DNA of 64,000 bases, from the NCBI GenBank assembly GCA_951406725.2, contig OX597827.1, positions 5,890,001-5,954,000 of the forward strand. Reading direction: 5' to 3'. The position numbers were made by a program, and so were the translations under genes. The first letter of the stretch is position 1, and every line of letters starts with the position of its first letter. The notes under the pieces are model-generated. The model did no database searches. It was given only the letters and a program-made list of their open reading frames with translations, and was not told where the DNA came from. Below, in pieces: positions 1 to 12,712 of the stretch. The DNA is from Octopus vulgaris. Its lineage: Eukaryota.

Positions 1-104
1 TCTTCTGAAGCACAGCAAACCCCTAGAATTCTTGGTCCCTTCTCATTCCCTCTGTGAAAACAAGCCAAATTATCACAGAATGTTAGCTTACTGTTTGCTG
101 GTTA

Positions 105-455
105 CAGATGGTACCTAGGTATCTTGTACAAAGAATATGTGGCAAATAAGCAAGTGAGGCTATTGGACCACACAATGATCTGCTGACAATTGTAATTACA
201 AGGAGACTGAAACGGTGTGGCTATGTCACAAAAATGCCCTGATCTAGTAAAGACAATCTTGCAAGCTACAGTGAAAGGTGGCTGAGAGCAAGGCAGGCCA
301 AAGAAAAGATGGTCTTGTAGCATCAAAGAGTGGACAGGCCTCAATTTTTCTGACTCACAGAAAGCAGTAGAAAACTGAGAGAAGTGGCAAAATCTGGTCG
401 TGGAATCATCAGCCAATGCCCCCAATGACCACACAATCAAGGGACAGGACATGGC
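105..455 (+). mobile_element. Decayed RTE-clade LINE, 3' end of ORF
   Basis: Translation across frameshifts: YLGILYKEYVANKQV / IGPHNDLLTIVITRRLKRCGYVT / LVKTILQATVKGG*EQGRPKKRWSCSIKEWTGLNFSDSQKAVEN*EKWQNLV, typical of the RTE C-terminus. Confidence 0.8.
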
Positions 456-1023
456 AGATTATACCTCCTTCTCCAGCACACATAACCCACCCCTGATATA
501 TGTCTTCCATTATTTAATGACTTGTTACCTTTTAGAAACAGTTTTGAATTGTCTATTTGAAAAATCCTCATTGAAAGTTGAAAAGAATGTTAAGTTTTCA
601 TCCATCTGTCAGCTATTTGCAACAAATGGATGTCAACAAAACCACAGTGATGGTAAACCATTCTAGTGGTTGATTGTAGCTACACAAAATATCACATCCA
701 GAAAAACCAGTTTTGTATCCTGTAAGTCAATTTTCATGACTAAAATTGTGACATTGTAAACCCCTTTGTATCATCAGCACCTACTGTGGGGTTGCAAATA
801 TTTCATCCCTTAATCTACACATTTTGTCTGAGTGTGGCAGTGAGAATCTCTAGAAGGGTTCCATCTGTGGTCTCTTGTCAATTACAGCCAATTTCAGATG
901 GTTTCAGCTGCAATGTCTATCTCTTTGGTGGCTCGATTCAGGACTGGGTTCCAAACCAATCTGCTTCAGGGAATAATGTACTAAATCACTGACAAATTTG
1001 TACTGGTATTTTGTATGGTGTCA

Positions 1024-1247
1024 AGCTGGCAGAAATGTTAGCACGCCAGGTGAAATGCGTAGCCATATTTCGTCTGCCATTACGTTCAGAGTTCAAATTC
1101 CGCCGAGGTCGACTTTGCCTTTCATCCTTTCAGGGTCGATAAATTAAGTACCAGTTATGCACTGGGGTCGATGTAATCGACTTAATTCATTTGTCTGTCC
1201 TTGTTTGTCCCCTCTGTGTTTAGCCCCTTGTGGGTAGTAAAGAAATA
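1024..1247 (+). mobile_element. tRNA-derived SINE, family B, with 19-bp TSD
   Basis: Box-B-like GAGTTCAAATTCC; central GCCTTTCATCCTTTCAGGGTCGATAAA. Exact TSD GGTATTTTGTATGGTGTCA at 1005-1023 and 1248-1266. Confidence 0.9.
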
Positions 1248-1697
1248 GGTATTTTGTATGGTGTCACTGACAAACCTCTGTGGTTATTGTTTGAGATATT
1301 GACAATTCTGTATACAGATATCATTAACCTGTCTTCATCGTACCTAGGTATTATCCAACTAGAAAGCAATGGGCTGGACAAAATAGTTAACTGCATCACA
1401 TGATCGTCGTAAATGAGTATCACCATCACACAAGCAGTGTCCTTCATTTCCTGGGGAAGAAAAGATGTACAACATGTACAAGAAAACTGGGTGGTTGTGT
1501 TTGTTTGCATGCAGAAATCTAAGGAAAATAGATAAAGAATATGGCATTGTGTAGGTCAAGAATTTGGTGGAAGGATGTGGAGGAAAGGAGCCTGGTCTCA
1601 GGGTGTGGTTAAGAGTTTCAGTAATTAATGGAATTGGTACTATATGGCCTTGAGCATATGAATGGCATCAAGATGCTTTGGACTAAATCATAATAAT

Positions 1698-2067
1698 AAC
1701 AAGAGCACCCAGAGAGTGCAAACCTCTGCCAAGGCAACACCAAAGTCCTCTCAACGATTAGCCATAAATGATTTTTAAAATGAGAATATATGAAATAAAC
1801 TTGACTGCTCTCACAAATGAGAATACTAAAAATGAACCCAACCGCTCTCAAAAATTAAGTAAAAAACACTGGTAAAATGATCCTGAATTCTTGTCCGGTA
1901 CTGGATCGATCCCCAAATCTAATGAGTTCGTGCCAGTCATGAGGTAAAACATCCCTGAAAGTTTCATCCAAATCCATCCAGAAGTTTTTGAGATATCTTG
2001 TCCATGGACAAACAAGCAAACATAACTGAGAACAATACTTCTACCTTCGCTAAGGTGGAGGTGATAA
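1698..2067. mobile_element. Probable non-autonomous Helentron/HINE-like element
   Basis: Sub-terminal inverted motif ACCTCTGCC / GGTGGAGGT, terminal hairpin ACTTCTACCTT-CGCT-AAGGTGGAGGT and internal AAGTTTCATCCAAATCC block. Family assignment is from recall. Confidence 0.45.
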
Positions 2068-2500
2068 TGATGGACTCACCTGTTGAAGATGATGTATGAG
2101 TCTTCAGACTTTGCTGAACGACCTGATCAAATGAATTTGTTTATAGTGACTGAATGTATGTTCTGTACATTAACTCAATCTCCCCATCAAAATATTATTA
2201 CCTGAACAGGTGAATGGTGTACCACACGTCAGATGTTGAAGTGACTGCAGAACAATGTGAGATGAAGTATTTTGCTCAAGAACACAACGCACCACCCAGT
2301 CTGGGTCATTGAAACCATGATCTCATGATCGTGAGCGCATCACCCTAACCCCTAGGCCATTAATGATGATGACAGTGATGATACACAAACACACTCACAT
2401 ACACATACATGCATACACTCATATATACATACACACACACACACACACATAGATAGATAGATAGATAGACAGATAGACATACATAATACATATATATATA

Positions 2501-2722
2501 TATTTCTTTACTGCCCACAAGGGGCTAAACATAGAGGGGACAAACAAGGGACTAAGTCGATTACATCGACCCCAGTGTGAAACTGGTACTTTATTTATCG
2601 ACCCCGAAAGGATGAAAGGCAAAGTCGACCTCGGCGGAATTTGAACTCACAACGTAACGACAGACGAAATACCGCTAAGCATTTCGCCCGGCGCGCTAAC
2701 GTTTCTGCCAGCTCGCCGCCTT
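2501..2722 (-). mobile_element. SINE family B, full-length copy
   Basis: Close reverse-complement match to 1024-1247; head GGCGGCGAGCTGGCAGAAACGTTAGC. AATACATATATATATA on both flanks is a possible TSD, though partly microsatellite. Confidence 0.9.
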
Positions 2723-3148
2723 CAATACATATATATATAGATAGATAAACACAGACATAAATACACATGTGCACATGCACATGCATCTATACATAGGTTT
2801 TAGTTATAATATTCAGTATGATTCTGGAAGATAATTTGGTTAGTGGAAAGGGTTGAGACTCTAATAGATATGTTTTTAATCATGCTATTCCTAACTGAGA
2901 GTGGTTGGTTAGAGGTCCTACGCATATAATGTAAGTTTCCATTAGGCTTACAGCAGGGACAGAGTATTTGTGAACTTCAACCTATATAACTCAATGCCAG
3001 TACAAACTAGTTGGTCTAAGCACCACTTATGAGGATACTCTTACAAAGAGTTGGAGTAATTTGTTATATCTAACACAATTAAAAAATTCTGGTACCATAC
3101 AGTGCTTCTTAGCATAACACAAAATATTTTATATATATATGAATGTGC

Positions 3149-3186
<38 letters not shown>

Positions 3187-3189
3187 TAA

Positions 3190-3762
3190 ATAAATGGTAC
3201 AACGAAGTCCCGATATTTACTGGAAAATAGCGATCGTAATAAATACGACGCTATTGTATAACTTCACTGCGTATATACTAGCAAAGACGTGTGTGTGCAA
3301 CAAACATGAAAAAATTTGTCTTACCTCTAGGAAGAACATCTGAAAAATGAAAAACCTAGAAATGGATAATGCAGGACCGGTTTCAGACTCTTCAAATACG
3401 TTTACCAACGTAGATTTGATTTGTCATCATCAGCTGCATATACCTCGACAAAATTTCAAATGTTGCCACATCTATGCCAGTACACTCGTCTGAACGCCAA
3501 AACGTTAACAGAACGAGAACAGTGAAGAAGTTTCAATGAAAATAGTAATGCAATTTGTTATATATATAACAAATGGCAGAGACAGAAAAGGGAATATATG
3601 AGAAACTTTATAACTCACAAGGATCATTTCGACCTGTCCACCAGTGATCCCACGGGGGCAGAATGCTGTACAATGAATTAATGCAGGATATGTTGAAACG
3701 TTCCTTGTGAGCAATAAAGTTTATTGTATATTCCATTTTTCATCTCTAACATTTGTTACATA

Positions 3763-3796
<34 letters not shown>

Positions 3797-4370
3797 CATT
3801 CAACAATTGAGGGTAAAATATATTAATCAATTTCACCAAGTATTCAGTATACTGAATACTTGGTGAAATTGATTAATTAATTAATTTTACCCTCAATTGT
3901 TGAAATTATAATTCATCTCTCTCTATATAATGTCTCGGAGTTTACCGAAAAAAAGCATAGTGTTTGCTGATTTTAACTCACGCTGGTGGAAGGGGGAGAG
4001 CAGAAATTCTTCGTTTGCATATTTGAATTTGCTAACACTGTTAGTTTTGAACAGATCTTCAGAAGCGATAACAGGCCGAAAAGGTATGCTCCCGCTTTCA
4101 GTGTTTTCAAATCCAAACCAGGGAGTTCTGAGCTGATGATAGAAGTGTCGATTTTGACTAATCTTGAAACGTACGTTCTCAAATAACCTTTGCATTTGAT
4201 TTTTTAATGTCTCTACCCTCATACTTTCGTGAGTTGAATTGAGCAAACACTATATGAGAGAGATTTTCTTTAAGTATTGGAGATAGTTTTAAAAAAGTTT
4301 TTTTTAGCTGCTATTTCTAATGAGTTCAGTATGCGGCAAAGTAATTTATTTTACTAAGCCCTTTTATATA
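3190..4370. mobile_element. Penelope-like element remnants (GIY-YIG-like on +, RT-like on -) around palindromes
   Basis: +3247-3345 reads DAIV*LHCVYTSKDVCVQQT*KNLSYL*EEHLK (degenerate GIY-YIG pattern). The minus ORF 3923-4246 contains SIPFRPVIAS, like the PLE RT motif PLRPIIS. Confidence 0.45.
3799..3904. repeat. Near-perfect palindrome with 56-bp perfect core (3822-3877)
   Basis: ATTAATCAATTTCACCAAGTATTCAGTA|TACTGAATACTTGGTGAAATTGATTAAT, plus outer arms TTCAACAATTGAGGGTAAAAT / ATTTTACCCTCAATTGTTGAA. Confidence 0.95.
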
Positions 4371-4401
4371 ATATATATATATATATATATACATATATAT
4401 A

Positions 4402-5883
4402 AACTGAACCATAAAAGAAACATCATGCACATATTAAATAGAAACTGGTTTATTAACAGACTGCCATAGCATTGATTGGAAAGTGCTAATTAAGAAACCG
4501 TTCTCTCCTAATGATAAGACGTCATTTCCTGAAACATGTTTGACGTCACATGGTGTCACATGATGACAGAGTGTCCTAGATCCAAAGAGATGAACTCAAT
4601 ATCTCATGTAACCCCCGTTAGTGTTGATTACTGCCAGATTCTTCTGTATATTGAATGCACCAAATGACAGATGAAGCTCATGGGGATAGGAGCCCAAACC
4701 CTGTTAAAACATGGAGTGAGTTGTGCTGCAGTTGTCGGCCCTGGACGGATGTCATTTAGCCTTCATTGGATTTTGTCCCACAAGTGTTCTGTGGGGTTCA
4801 AGTCCGGACTTAGGGCAGGCAATGGCAGTGTATGGATGTTGTCCTGTTGGAGGAAGTTTGCTGTCGACCTGGAAGTATAAGCACGGACATTGTCATGTTG
4901 GAACATTCTGATGACAAGAAAAGTATGACATAATGTGAGGCTTCAAAACTTGGTCGATGTAGCGAATAGCAGTTACCCCATTGCCCTGGCCTTGGCCAAT
5001 GTTTTGGAAGACCACCAGTCCAAGTTTCTGGCTGAGTGCAATCCTGCCCCATACTATGATGCTCTGTCCTCTACCACACAGCCATCTGTATGATGTTCCC
5101 CTCTTCTTTTCCAAACCCTAGCTCTGTCATCTGTCACAGAAATGCAATATCAACTTTTGTCAGAGAAGACTAGTCCTACACTGTTGATATCACCAGTTCT
5201 CACATTTTTAAACCCACTGCAGATGTTCCCATCGATGATAACCTGTGAAGAAGGGGCCCCTAGCCAGACGTCAACAAGTCAGATTGAAAGATCTCAGCTG
5301 GTGGTGAACTGTCTCTGCACAAATGGGTCTGTGGTGAGTCCCTATAGTCTGCCTGGCTTATTCCATTGCCCTTTGGAATTAGTCCTGCAAGTGCTGGCAG
5401 TGCAGGTGACAATCTTGACACGCTGTCGTAACCCTTGGTCGGCCACTGCATGGACAGTCATCTGTGCTGTTTGTGGCATTGTATCATTCCCTCAGCTGCT
5501 CAAACGTCTGAATATTGCACTATGGAGATGTCTGATGGCTTGCTCTCTCTTATTTCATGTCAGTCTTGGCATGCTTGCTGCATTTGGGAAATGAATGGCA
5601 GGCGGGTAAATTTGGGTACCTTTTATACCCAATGCATCAACGTTTTGCACTGCATCATGCTTTTCATAAAGAAGCATTCACAAGCATTACCGTGTTCATG
5701 AAAAGTGTGCGTGTTCAAACCCTACATGCAATCCTTGCATTTTCAAAAGAGTGCAGTGTTGTGGGTCAGTGACATCTTCCTGATGTCAAATTACCTAGAA
5801 ATTTGGTAAAATCCGTATAATCTCAATATTGTGTGTGAAACAAATAATCTTTTACAGTGTGACGATTCTTCTGTGGTTCAGTA
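4402..5883 (-). mobile_element. Tc1-family DNA transposon (DD34E), full extent but decayed
   Basis: Imperfect TIRs ACTGAACCATAAAAGAAAC / ACTGAACCACAGAAGAATC with TA flanks; contains a transposase pseudogene. Confidence 0.9.
4596..5572 (-). pseudogene. Tc1 transposase pseudogene
   Basis: MPRLT*..., SGRPRVTT, FSDKS, SIIVWGRI, FQHDNVRAY...SPDLNPTEHLWD (34 residues between the second D and E), NGGYMRY*. Multiple stops and frameshifts. Confidence 0.9.
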
Positions 5884-5885
5884 TA

Positions 5886-6186
5886 TCTTTATATATAAAA
5901 GTGAAGTTGTGTGAGTGTCTGTCTCCTACGATTTAGATTCCTAACTACTCCCACATTTTGCGGTGCAGTTTAACAAAAACCGGGTATCTTATAGTCATGA
6001 TTCATATCGAGCCCTTCTGGGTATAAGCGCATGTCTACGATGAGTCTACGATTTAAAAAAAATTTACCATCATTTTTCCCATTTTTAATGCATTTTTTTG
6101 CTATTATATAAGGGAAGTAACTCTCTAAAAATGCTTATATAGTTATTTCCCTTACAAACCTGATCAACGCCGGGCGATACTGCTAG
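5886..6186 (+). mobile_element. Non-autonomous Helitron, copy 1
   Basis: 5' TC, 3' CTAG preceded by a GC hairpin (CCTGATCAACGCCGGG), inserted between A and T. Second copy at 12367-12675. Confidence 0.8.
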
Positions 6187-6364
6187 TATATATATAAATA
6201 TTTTGTTTCTGTCATTTGTTAAATACTCAACAAACACTGAGGAATTCTTGAGGTAGAGCAAGTGACAATCGTGTAAATGCCATGGATGATGTCAGGTAAT
6301 GATAGGCAGGGAACTTGCTTGACAAGTCAACAGTTAGGTGCAATACCTAATACTTTAATAATTA

Positions 6365-6399
<35 letters not shown>

Positions 6400-6598
6400 G
6401 GACAGAGTCAACGACTATTGAAAAGGTTGCAAGACACAACAAAAATTTTAGAAAAGTTAAGAAGGAAATGAGTGGAAATTTGACCAGTGAGTGTGTTAAA
6501 TAATAAGGCACTAAAAGAGAATGACTCTCCCCAGACACAACAAAATACGCTTTAACACATGAACTCACATAAAGAATCTAGCGAACCAAATCCTAAAA

Positions 6599-6639
<41 letters not shown>

Positions 6640-6640
<1 letters not shown>

Positions 6641-6846
6641 TCTTTTATTCTTGTCCTTCTTTCAGTCAGTGCTGAAGCACTGCTTTAAGGGGTTTTAATT
6701 GGAGAAATCAACCCCAAGACTTGTTCTTTCTAAACATAGTACTTATTCTATTGTTTTCTTTTGTTGAACTGCTAAGTTACAGAGACATAAACACACCAGC
6801 ATCAGTTGTCAAGTGATGGTGGGGAAACAAACACAGACACACACAC

Positions 6847-6900
<54 letters not shown>

Positions 6901-7085
6901 ATGTGTATATATATACATACATATATATATATATATATATGATGCGCTTCTTTTAGCTTCCGTCTACTAAATCCACACTCATTATAACCTCAGGCTATAA
7001 TAGAAGACACTTGCCCAAGGTGTCACACACAGGGACTGAACTCGGAATCACGTGGTTGGGAAGAAAGCTTCTTACCACACAGCCA
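6640..7085 (-). mobile_element. SINE family A, diverged copy
   Basis: Matches 7844-8262 along its length, with internal (TCTA)n/(TA)n. Confidence 0.75.
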
Positions 7086-7101
7086 TATATATATGACTGT
7101 G

Positions 7102-7160
<59 letters not shown>

Positions 7161-7404
7161 GATTACAAAATATATAAATCATTTTGAATGTTGGAGCTCA
7201 TATTAGATAAGGCTATAAATAATACTGTATAAATATTGGATTAACTCTATATTTACATGCTGCTGTTTATAGTTTTATCTACTTTGAATCTCACTGTTAA
7301 AGATGTTCTGTTTCGTGTCTCTAAAATTTTCTAAATTCTTATGATATGGCCAATATATATACATATTATATAATGCTATCACTTCCTATCATCCTCATCA
7401 TAAT

Positions 7405-7771
7405 CATCATCATCGTTTAGCGTCCGTTTTCCATGCTAGCATGGGTTGGACAGTTCAACTGGGGTCTGGGAAGCCAGAAGGCTTCATCATCCCAGTCAAA
7501 TCTGGCAGTGTTTCTACAGCTGGATGCCCTTCCTAATGCCAACCACTCCGTGAGTGTAGTGGGTGCTTTTTACGTGCCACCCGCACAGGTGCCAGACGGA
7601 GCTGGCAAACGGCCACGAACGGATGGTGCTTTTACGTGCCACCGGCACGGGGGCCAGGCGAGGCTGGCAACGGCCACGAATGGATGGTGCTTTTTACGTG
7701 CCACCGGCATGGGGCCAGGCGAGGCTGGCAACGGCCACGAATGGATGGTGCTTTTTACGTGCCACCGGCAC
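7405..7771 (-). mobile_element. Family D retroposon 3' part with (ATG)n tail and internal ~61-bp GC-rich minisatellite
   Basis: Minus strand GGTTGGCATTAGGAAGGGCATCCAGC...CATGCTAGCATGGAAAACGGACGCTAAAC(GAT)n. Minisatellite units start at 7562, 7625, 7686 and 7747. Related copies at 46443-46630 and ~15060-15180. Confidence 0.7.
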
Positions 7772-7843
7772 TCGGAATACAAAGGAGTGGAACGAATATT
7801 ACAAGGCATTCTGTCACTAATGACTCTTGGAAACTGATTGCTT

Positions 7844-8046
7844 ACTCTTTTACTTGTTTCAGTCATTTGACTGTGGCCATGCTGGAGCACCTCCTTTAGT
7901 CGAGCAAATCGACCCCGGGACTTATTCTTTGTAAGCCCAGTACTTATTCTATCGGTCTCTTTTGCCGAACCGCTAAGTGACGGGGACGTAAACACACCAG
8001 CATCGGTTGTCAAGCAATGCTAGGGGGACAAACACAGACACACAAA

Positions 8047-8097
<51 letters not shown>

Positions 8098-8262
8098 TAC
8101 GACAGGCTTCTTTCAGTTTCCGTCTACCAAATCCACTCACAAGGCATTAGTCAGCCCGGGGCTATAGCAGAAGACACTTGCCCAAGATGCCACGCAGTGG
8201 GACTGAACCCGGAACCATGTGGTTGGTTAGCAAGCTACTTACCACACAGCCACTCCTGCGCC
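7844..8262 (-). mobile_element. tRNA-derived SINE family A, full-length young copy
   Basis: Head GGCGCAGGAGTGGCTGTGTGGTAAG (box A) and GGTTCAGTCC (box B); CORE-like CTTGGGCAAGTG; internal (TA)/(TG) microsatellite; tail AAACAAGTAAAAGAGT. Confidence 0.9.
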
Positions 8263-8271
8263 TTGTAAACT

Positions 8272-8500
8272 GTTATTGATGACTGGTCATACTTGATATC
8301 CTAATTGCTATCATTGATCAGTTGCTTCCACTGATGTCATACAGCGATATCATTGATCAGTCTCCTCCTCTGATATCATAAACTTAATATCATTGATCAG
8401 TCTTCTACACAAACATCATTGATCAGTCTCTACTGATATCCTATATTGAGATCATTGATCGATCTCTTCCACTAATATCCTAAACTGATATATAAATTGC
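8272..8500. repeat. Degenerate minisatellite (~26-40 bp units) with core ATCATTGATCAG
   Basis: The core recurs 5-6 times. Confidence 0.65.
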
Positions 8501-8697
8501 CATTTATAAGTCTCCGTTGATATCTAATTAAAAAGAAGGCTATGTCTGCTACTATATATATATATAAATAAACAGCCTTCATGATATAGCCCAGTGGTTC
8601 TTAAACTTTTTATCACCACATCTTATTTTGCCAAATCAATAAGGCTTGGTGACTTTCATTGGCTTTCTAAACACAAAATTGTGATGCGCTCAGCATT

Positions 8698-9094
8698 TAC
8701 TCTTTAACTTGTTTCAGTCATTTGACTGTGGCCATGCTGGAGCACCGCCTTTAATCGAGCAACTCGACCCCGGGACTTATTCTTTTTGTAAGCCCAGTAC
8801 TTATTCTATTGGTCTCTTTTGCCGAACCGCTAAGTAACGGGGACATAAACACACCAGCATCGGTTGTCAAGCAATGCTCGGGGGACAAACACACTCACAC
8901 AAACACACACACGCACATATATATATACATATATACAACGGGCTTCTTTCAGTTTCCGTCTACCAAATCCACTCACAAGGCTTTGGTCGGCCCAAGGCTA
9001 GAGTGGAAGACATTTGCCTAAGGTGCCACGCAGTGGGACTGAACCCAGAACCATGTGGTTGGTAAACAAGCTACTTACCACTCAGCCACTCCTG
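8698..9094 (-). mobile_element. SINE family A copy
   Basis: High similarity to 7844-8262. Confidence 0.9.
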
Positions 9095-9194
9095 TGATAT
9101 TTTTCTTAGAGAAATATTCCTCAGTATTTGTCTGCTATGAATGTTATGTTGGAACCGTAATATTTGAGGGTGATATGTCTTTTTCTTTTTTTGC

Positions 9195-9848
9195 ATATCT
9201 GTTTCAGTCATTAGACTGAGGCCATGCTGGGGCACCACCTTAATGCACTTTTAGTTGAATGAATCAACCTCAGCATTTATTTTGTTTTGAAGCCTAGTAC
9301 TTATTTAGTCAGTCACTTTTTGCTGAACTGCTAAGTTAAGCAAGCTAGCACTGGTTGTCAAGAGGGGTGGGGGACAAACACAGACTCAAAGACATACACG
9401 TGCACATGCAGCACACACACATACACACACACACATTTATATATTTATACATGACAGGCTTCTTTCAGTTTCTGTCTATCAAATCCACTTACAAGGCTTT
9501 GGTCAGCCTGATGCTAGAGTAAAAGACACTTGTTCAAGGTTCCACACAGTGGGACAGAACCTGGTTTCATGTGGTTGGGAAGCAAGCTTCTTATCACACA
9601 GCCATGCCTGAGCCTTGCGTAAACTTTTTACTAAACTCTCACTTTTAGTTCATTTAGTTGTGAAGCTCATAGCCTTGCAATAAGGGTATTGCACTCACAA
9701 TTTCCATTGACCAAATCCACTCACAAGGCTTTTTTGTTGCCTGGGGCTATAATAGAAGATACATGACCAAGATGCCGCACAGTGAGATTGAACCCAAAAC
9801 TGTGTAGTTGGGAAGCAAAATTCATACCACACAGCCATGTCTATGCCT
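9195..9848 (-). mobile_element. Diverged SINE family A copy plus an adjacent head fragment
   Basis: Family A blocks recognisable at 9195-9612 and 9700-9848. Confidence 0.7.
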
Positions 9849-10404
9849 ATATACCCCAGTGCCTTAGAACACGACACATCATCTAAAGTGATGCTGAGGT
9901 CATTGTTGCTATGTTTTTACTCCTAAATCTTCTTGATCAAGGTTAACCTGGGGCTAAGCAATGACATTTGCCACACAAAAAAAAAATAATAATAACTGCA
10001 ACAACAACAACAAAAGCAAGTAAGAAAACAATATCAATTGCAACAGCAATGACAACAACAATTACAAAAACAACAACTTCAACAATTACAATAGTAACAG
10101 CATACCAACAAGAACAACAACAATAACTACAATGACAACAACGTAGGCTTGAGGTTTTTGTTCTGGCTGATGGCCATACAATATTCAGGCGCAATAATGG
10201 CAAGTGTGAATCATAGGAACCATGGAAAGTCTTGAAATCTGTTAATAAGAAGAGGTTGAGGATGGGATGTGCAGGGTTTGCATTCGTTCGTGTGAAGATT
10301 CACAGCTCAAACGGACACAAATCCTCATCTGTGTCAGCAGATAGTGAATGGTTATTCATATATTAGGTGACACTTACACTAACACTATTATGTGTGTAAT
10401 AATA

Positions 10405-10454
<50 letters not shown>

Positions 10455-10850
10455 TGCGTGTGTGTGTGTGCATGTGCATGTGGTATAATAACAACTAAAA
10501 TTATTCTGGGTTCAACAAGGGAGTACAACCTCCTAGATATAGCAATCAAATTTTCCTTCAAATTACACTTCTTATTGGTACTCTTATTGGCCTTGTGGTT
10601 AAGAAGTTTGCTCTGAAATCATGTGGACTTTGGGTTCGATTATACTTTTGACAAACGTCACCTACAACCCAATGAGTGAATTATGTAGACAGAAATGTGC
10701 AGAAGACTGTACAACATATATATATGTATGTGTATGTATATATATATGTGTGTGTGTATATATAAATATGTGTGTGTGTGAGTGTGTGTGTGTATACATG
10801 CAAATGTATACATAAACTGATATATATTTATATATAACACCCTAATGCAT

Positions 10851-11117
10851 GAAGGTGCATGGCTTAGTGGTTAGAGTGGTTAGGGCATTCCGATTACAAT
10901 TGGCATGAGTTCAATTCCTGGCGGTGCATTGTGTCCTTCAGCAAAACACTTTATTTTACATTGCTTCAGTCCACTCAGCTGTATTTCAAAGGAACAGCCT
11001 TCTCCCAGAGAACTACTGTGGAATGCTCAGCCAGTTGCACGTTAATTTCACGAGCAGGCTGTTCTGTTGATCGCATCAGCTGGGACACCTTGTCATCGTA
11101 ACTGACAGAGTGTTCCT
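10851..11117 (+). mobile_element. tRNA-derived SINE family C, diverged
   Basis: TGGCTTAGTGGTTAG head, GAGTTCAATTCC, and the 3' block GTTAATTTCACGAGCAGGCTGTTC shared with 37269-37661. Fragments also at ~2080-2360, 36570-36690 and 39870-40000. Confidence 0.7.
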
Positions 11118-11118
11118 T

Positions 11119-11186
<68 letters not shown>

Positions 11187-11305
11187 GCTGATGACCGTGT
11201 TCTTATAGATGAATCATTACCAGAACTAGAGAAGAATATATATATATATATATATATAGATAGATAGATAGATGTACACATGTACATATAAATATGTATA
11301 TCTTA

Positions 11306-11358
<53 letters not shown>

Positions 11359-12315
11359 CTGTGTGTGTGTATATATATATATTTTTACATATATACCTAT
11401 ATGCATACATGCACACATACACACACACACACGCACACAAACACACAAAAGTTCTTCAGGATTCAAGATCAGGTCCTTAAATAGCAAAGCAACTAGGTCG
11501 GGTCAATGAAAATGCTATCATGTTCAAAACAAACTTAGAGGAACATATGTGTCCATACCATAGTAAAGACAGATTTATATTCCAGTTGCATGCATGATCA
11601 CAAGCATCCAACTGAATATACCTGGAGTCTCAAGCTATAAACATTGCACCAATTGTACTGCACTCAATAGACTCCAGTTCCACATTAATTGCAGGTTGTG
11701 AGTAAGGTGAATTATAAATAAATGACAATAGATGGATAGTAGTTCACTAACTACAGCTGTTTCGGAAGTGTTTTTTACTGATGAATAAAGTTATTACATC
11801 ATAGAGAAAAACCATTTTCATTGGATGAATATATGCATGAATTAAACATTTAAAAAAAACATTCTACAAATCCCAGTATGTGCTATTTTATGATTCACTG
11901 GCAAACTTTTGCAAGAAAATGTATGATTTAATTTCCCTAGCTTGTAGTTTAGAAAGGAGAATCATTACAGGGAATGGAACAAAAAGTTATAATAATGGGA
12001 GGGGGATGGATACTGAATAGGGGATAGAAATTTGATATCTCATTCTAACTCTCAAAAGATGTTATCTTATTTTATTTTTAATCATTAAATAGCTGGACAA
12101 CAGAGTTCTGCCAAAAAGACACATTAAAGGATATCAAAAGATAATATGAATTCTACAACAGGGTGATTTGCCATCATAAACCGGCATACACCTATTTGTG
12201 TACGTAGATAAAGGGACATATAATAATAAATCTACTTACACATGTCCAGACACAACTATTTATATTCACATACCTACACATACATTTATACAGATATTTA
12301 CTCCCAACTAACTAG

Positions 12316-12366
<51 letters not shown>

Positions 12367-12369
<3 letters not shown>

Positions 12370-12675
12370 TTATATATAAAATTGAAGTTGTGTGTGTGTG
12401 AGACTCTGTCTACTCCGATTTAGATTCATAACTACTCCCACATTTTGCGGTGCAGTTTAACCAAAAGCGGGTATCTTATAGTCATCATTCATATCGAGCC
12501 TTTCTGGGTATTAGCACATGTCTACGATGAGTCTATGATTTAAAAAAAAATTTACCATCATTTTTCCACATTTTTAATGAGTTTTGCTCGGGTTATATAA
12601 GGGAAGTAACTCTCTAAAAATGCTTATATTGTTATTTCCCGTACAAACCCGAGCAACGCTGGGCGATATTGCTAG
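12367..12675 (+). mobile_element. Non-autonomous Helitron, copy 2
   Basis: TC...CCCGAGCAACGCTGGG...CTAG, inserted in (TA)n; highly similar to 5886-6186. Confidence 0.8.
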
Positions 12676-12712
12676 TATATATATATATATATATATATAT
12701 ACATACTTATAC

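Noticed and set aside
690-1000. Possible CR1-like RT remnant (ADDTK on the minus strand near 765-780)
   Set aside because: Only one short motif; no further supporting motifs could be read.
3615-3650. Possible minimal hammerhead ribozyme on the minus strand (CTGGTGGACAGGTCGAAA)
   Set aside because: The core deviates from CUGANGA at conserved positions; at best a dead remnant, and it needs a covariance-model search.
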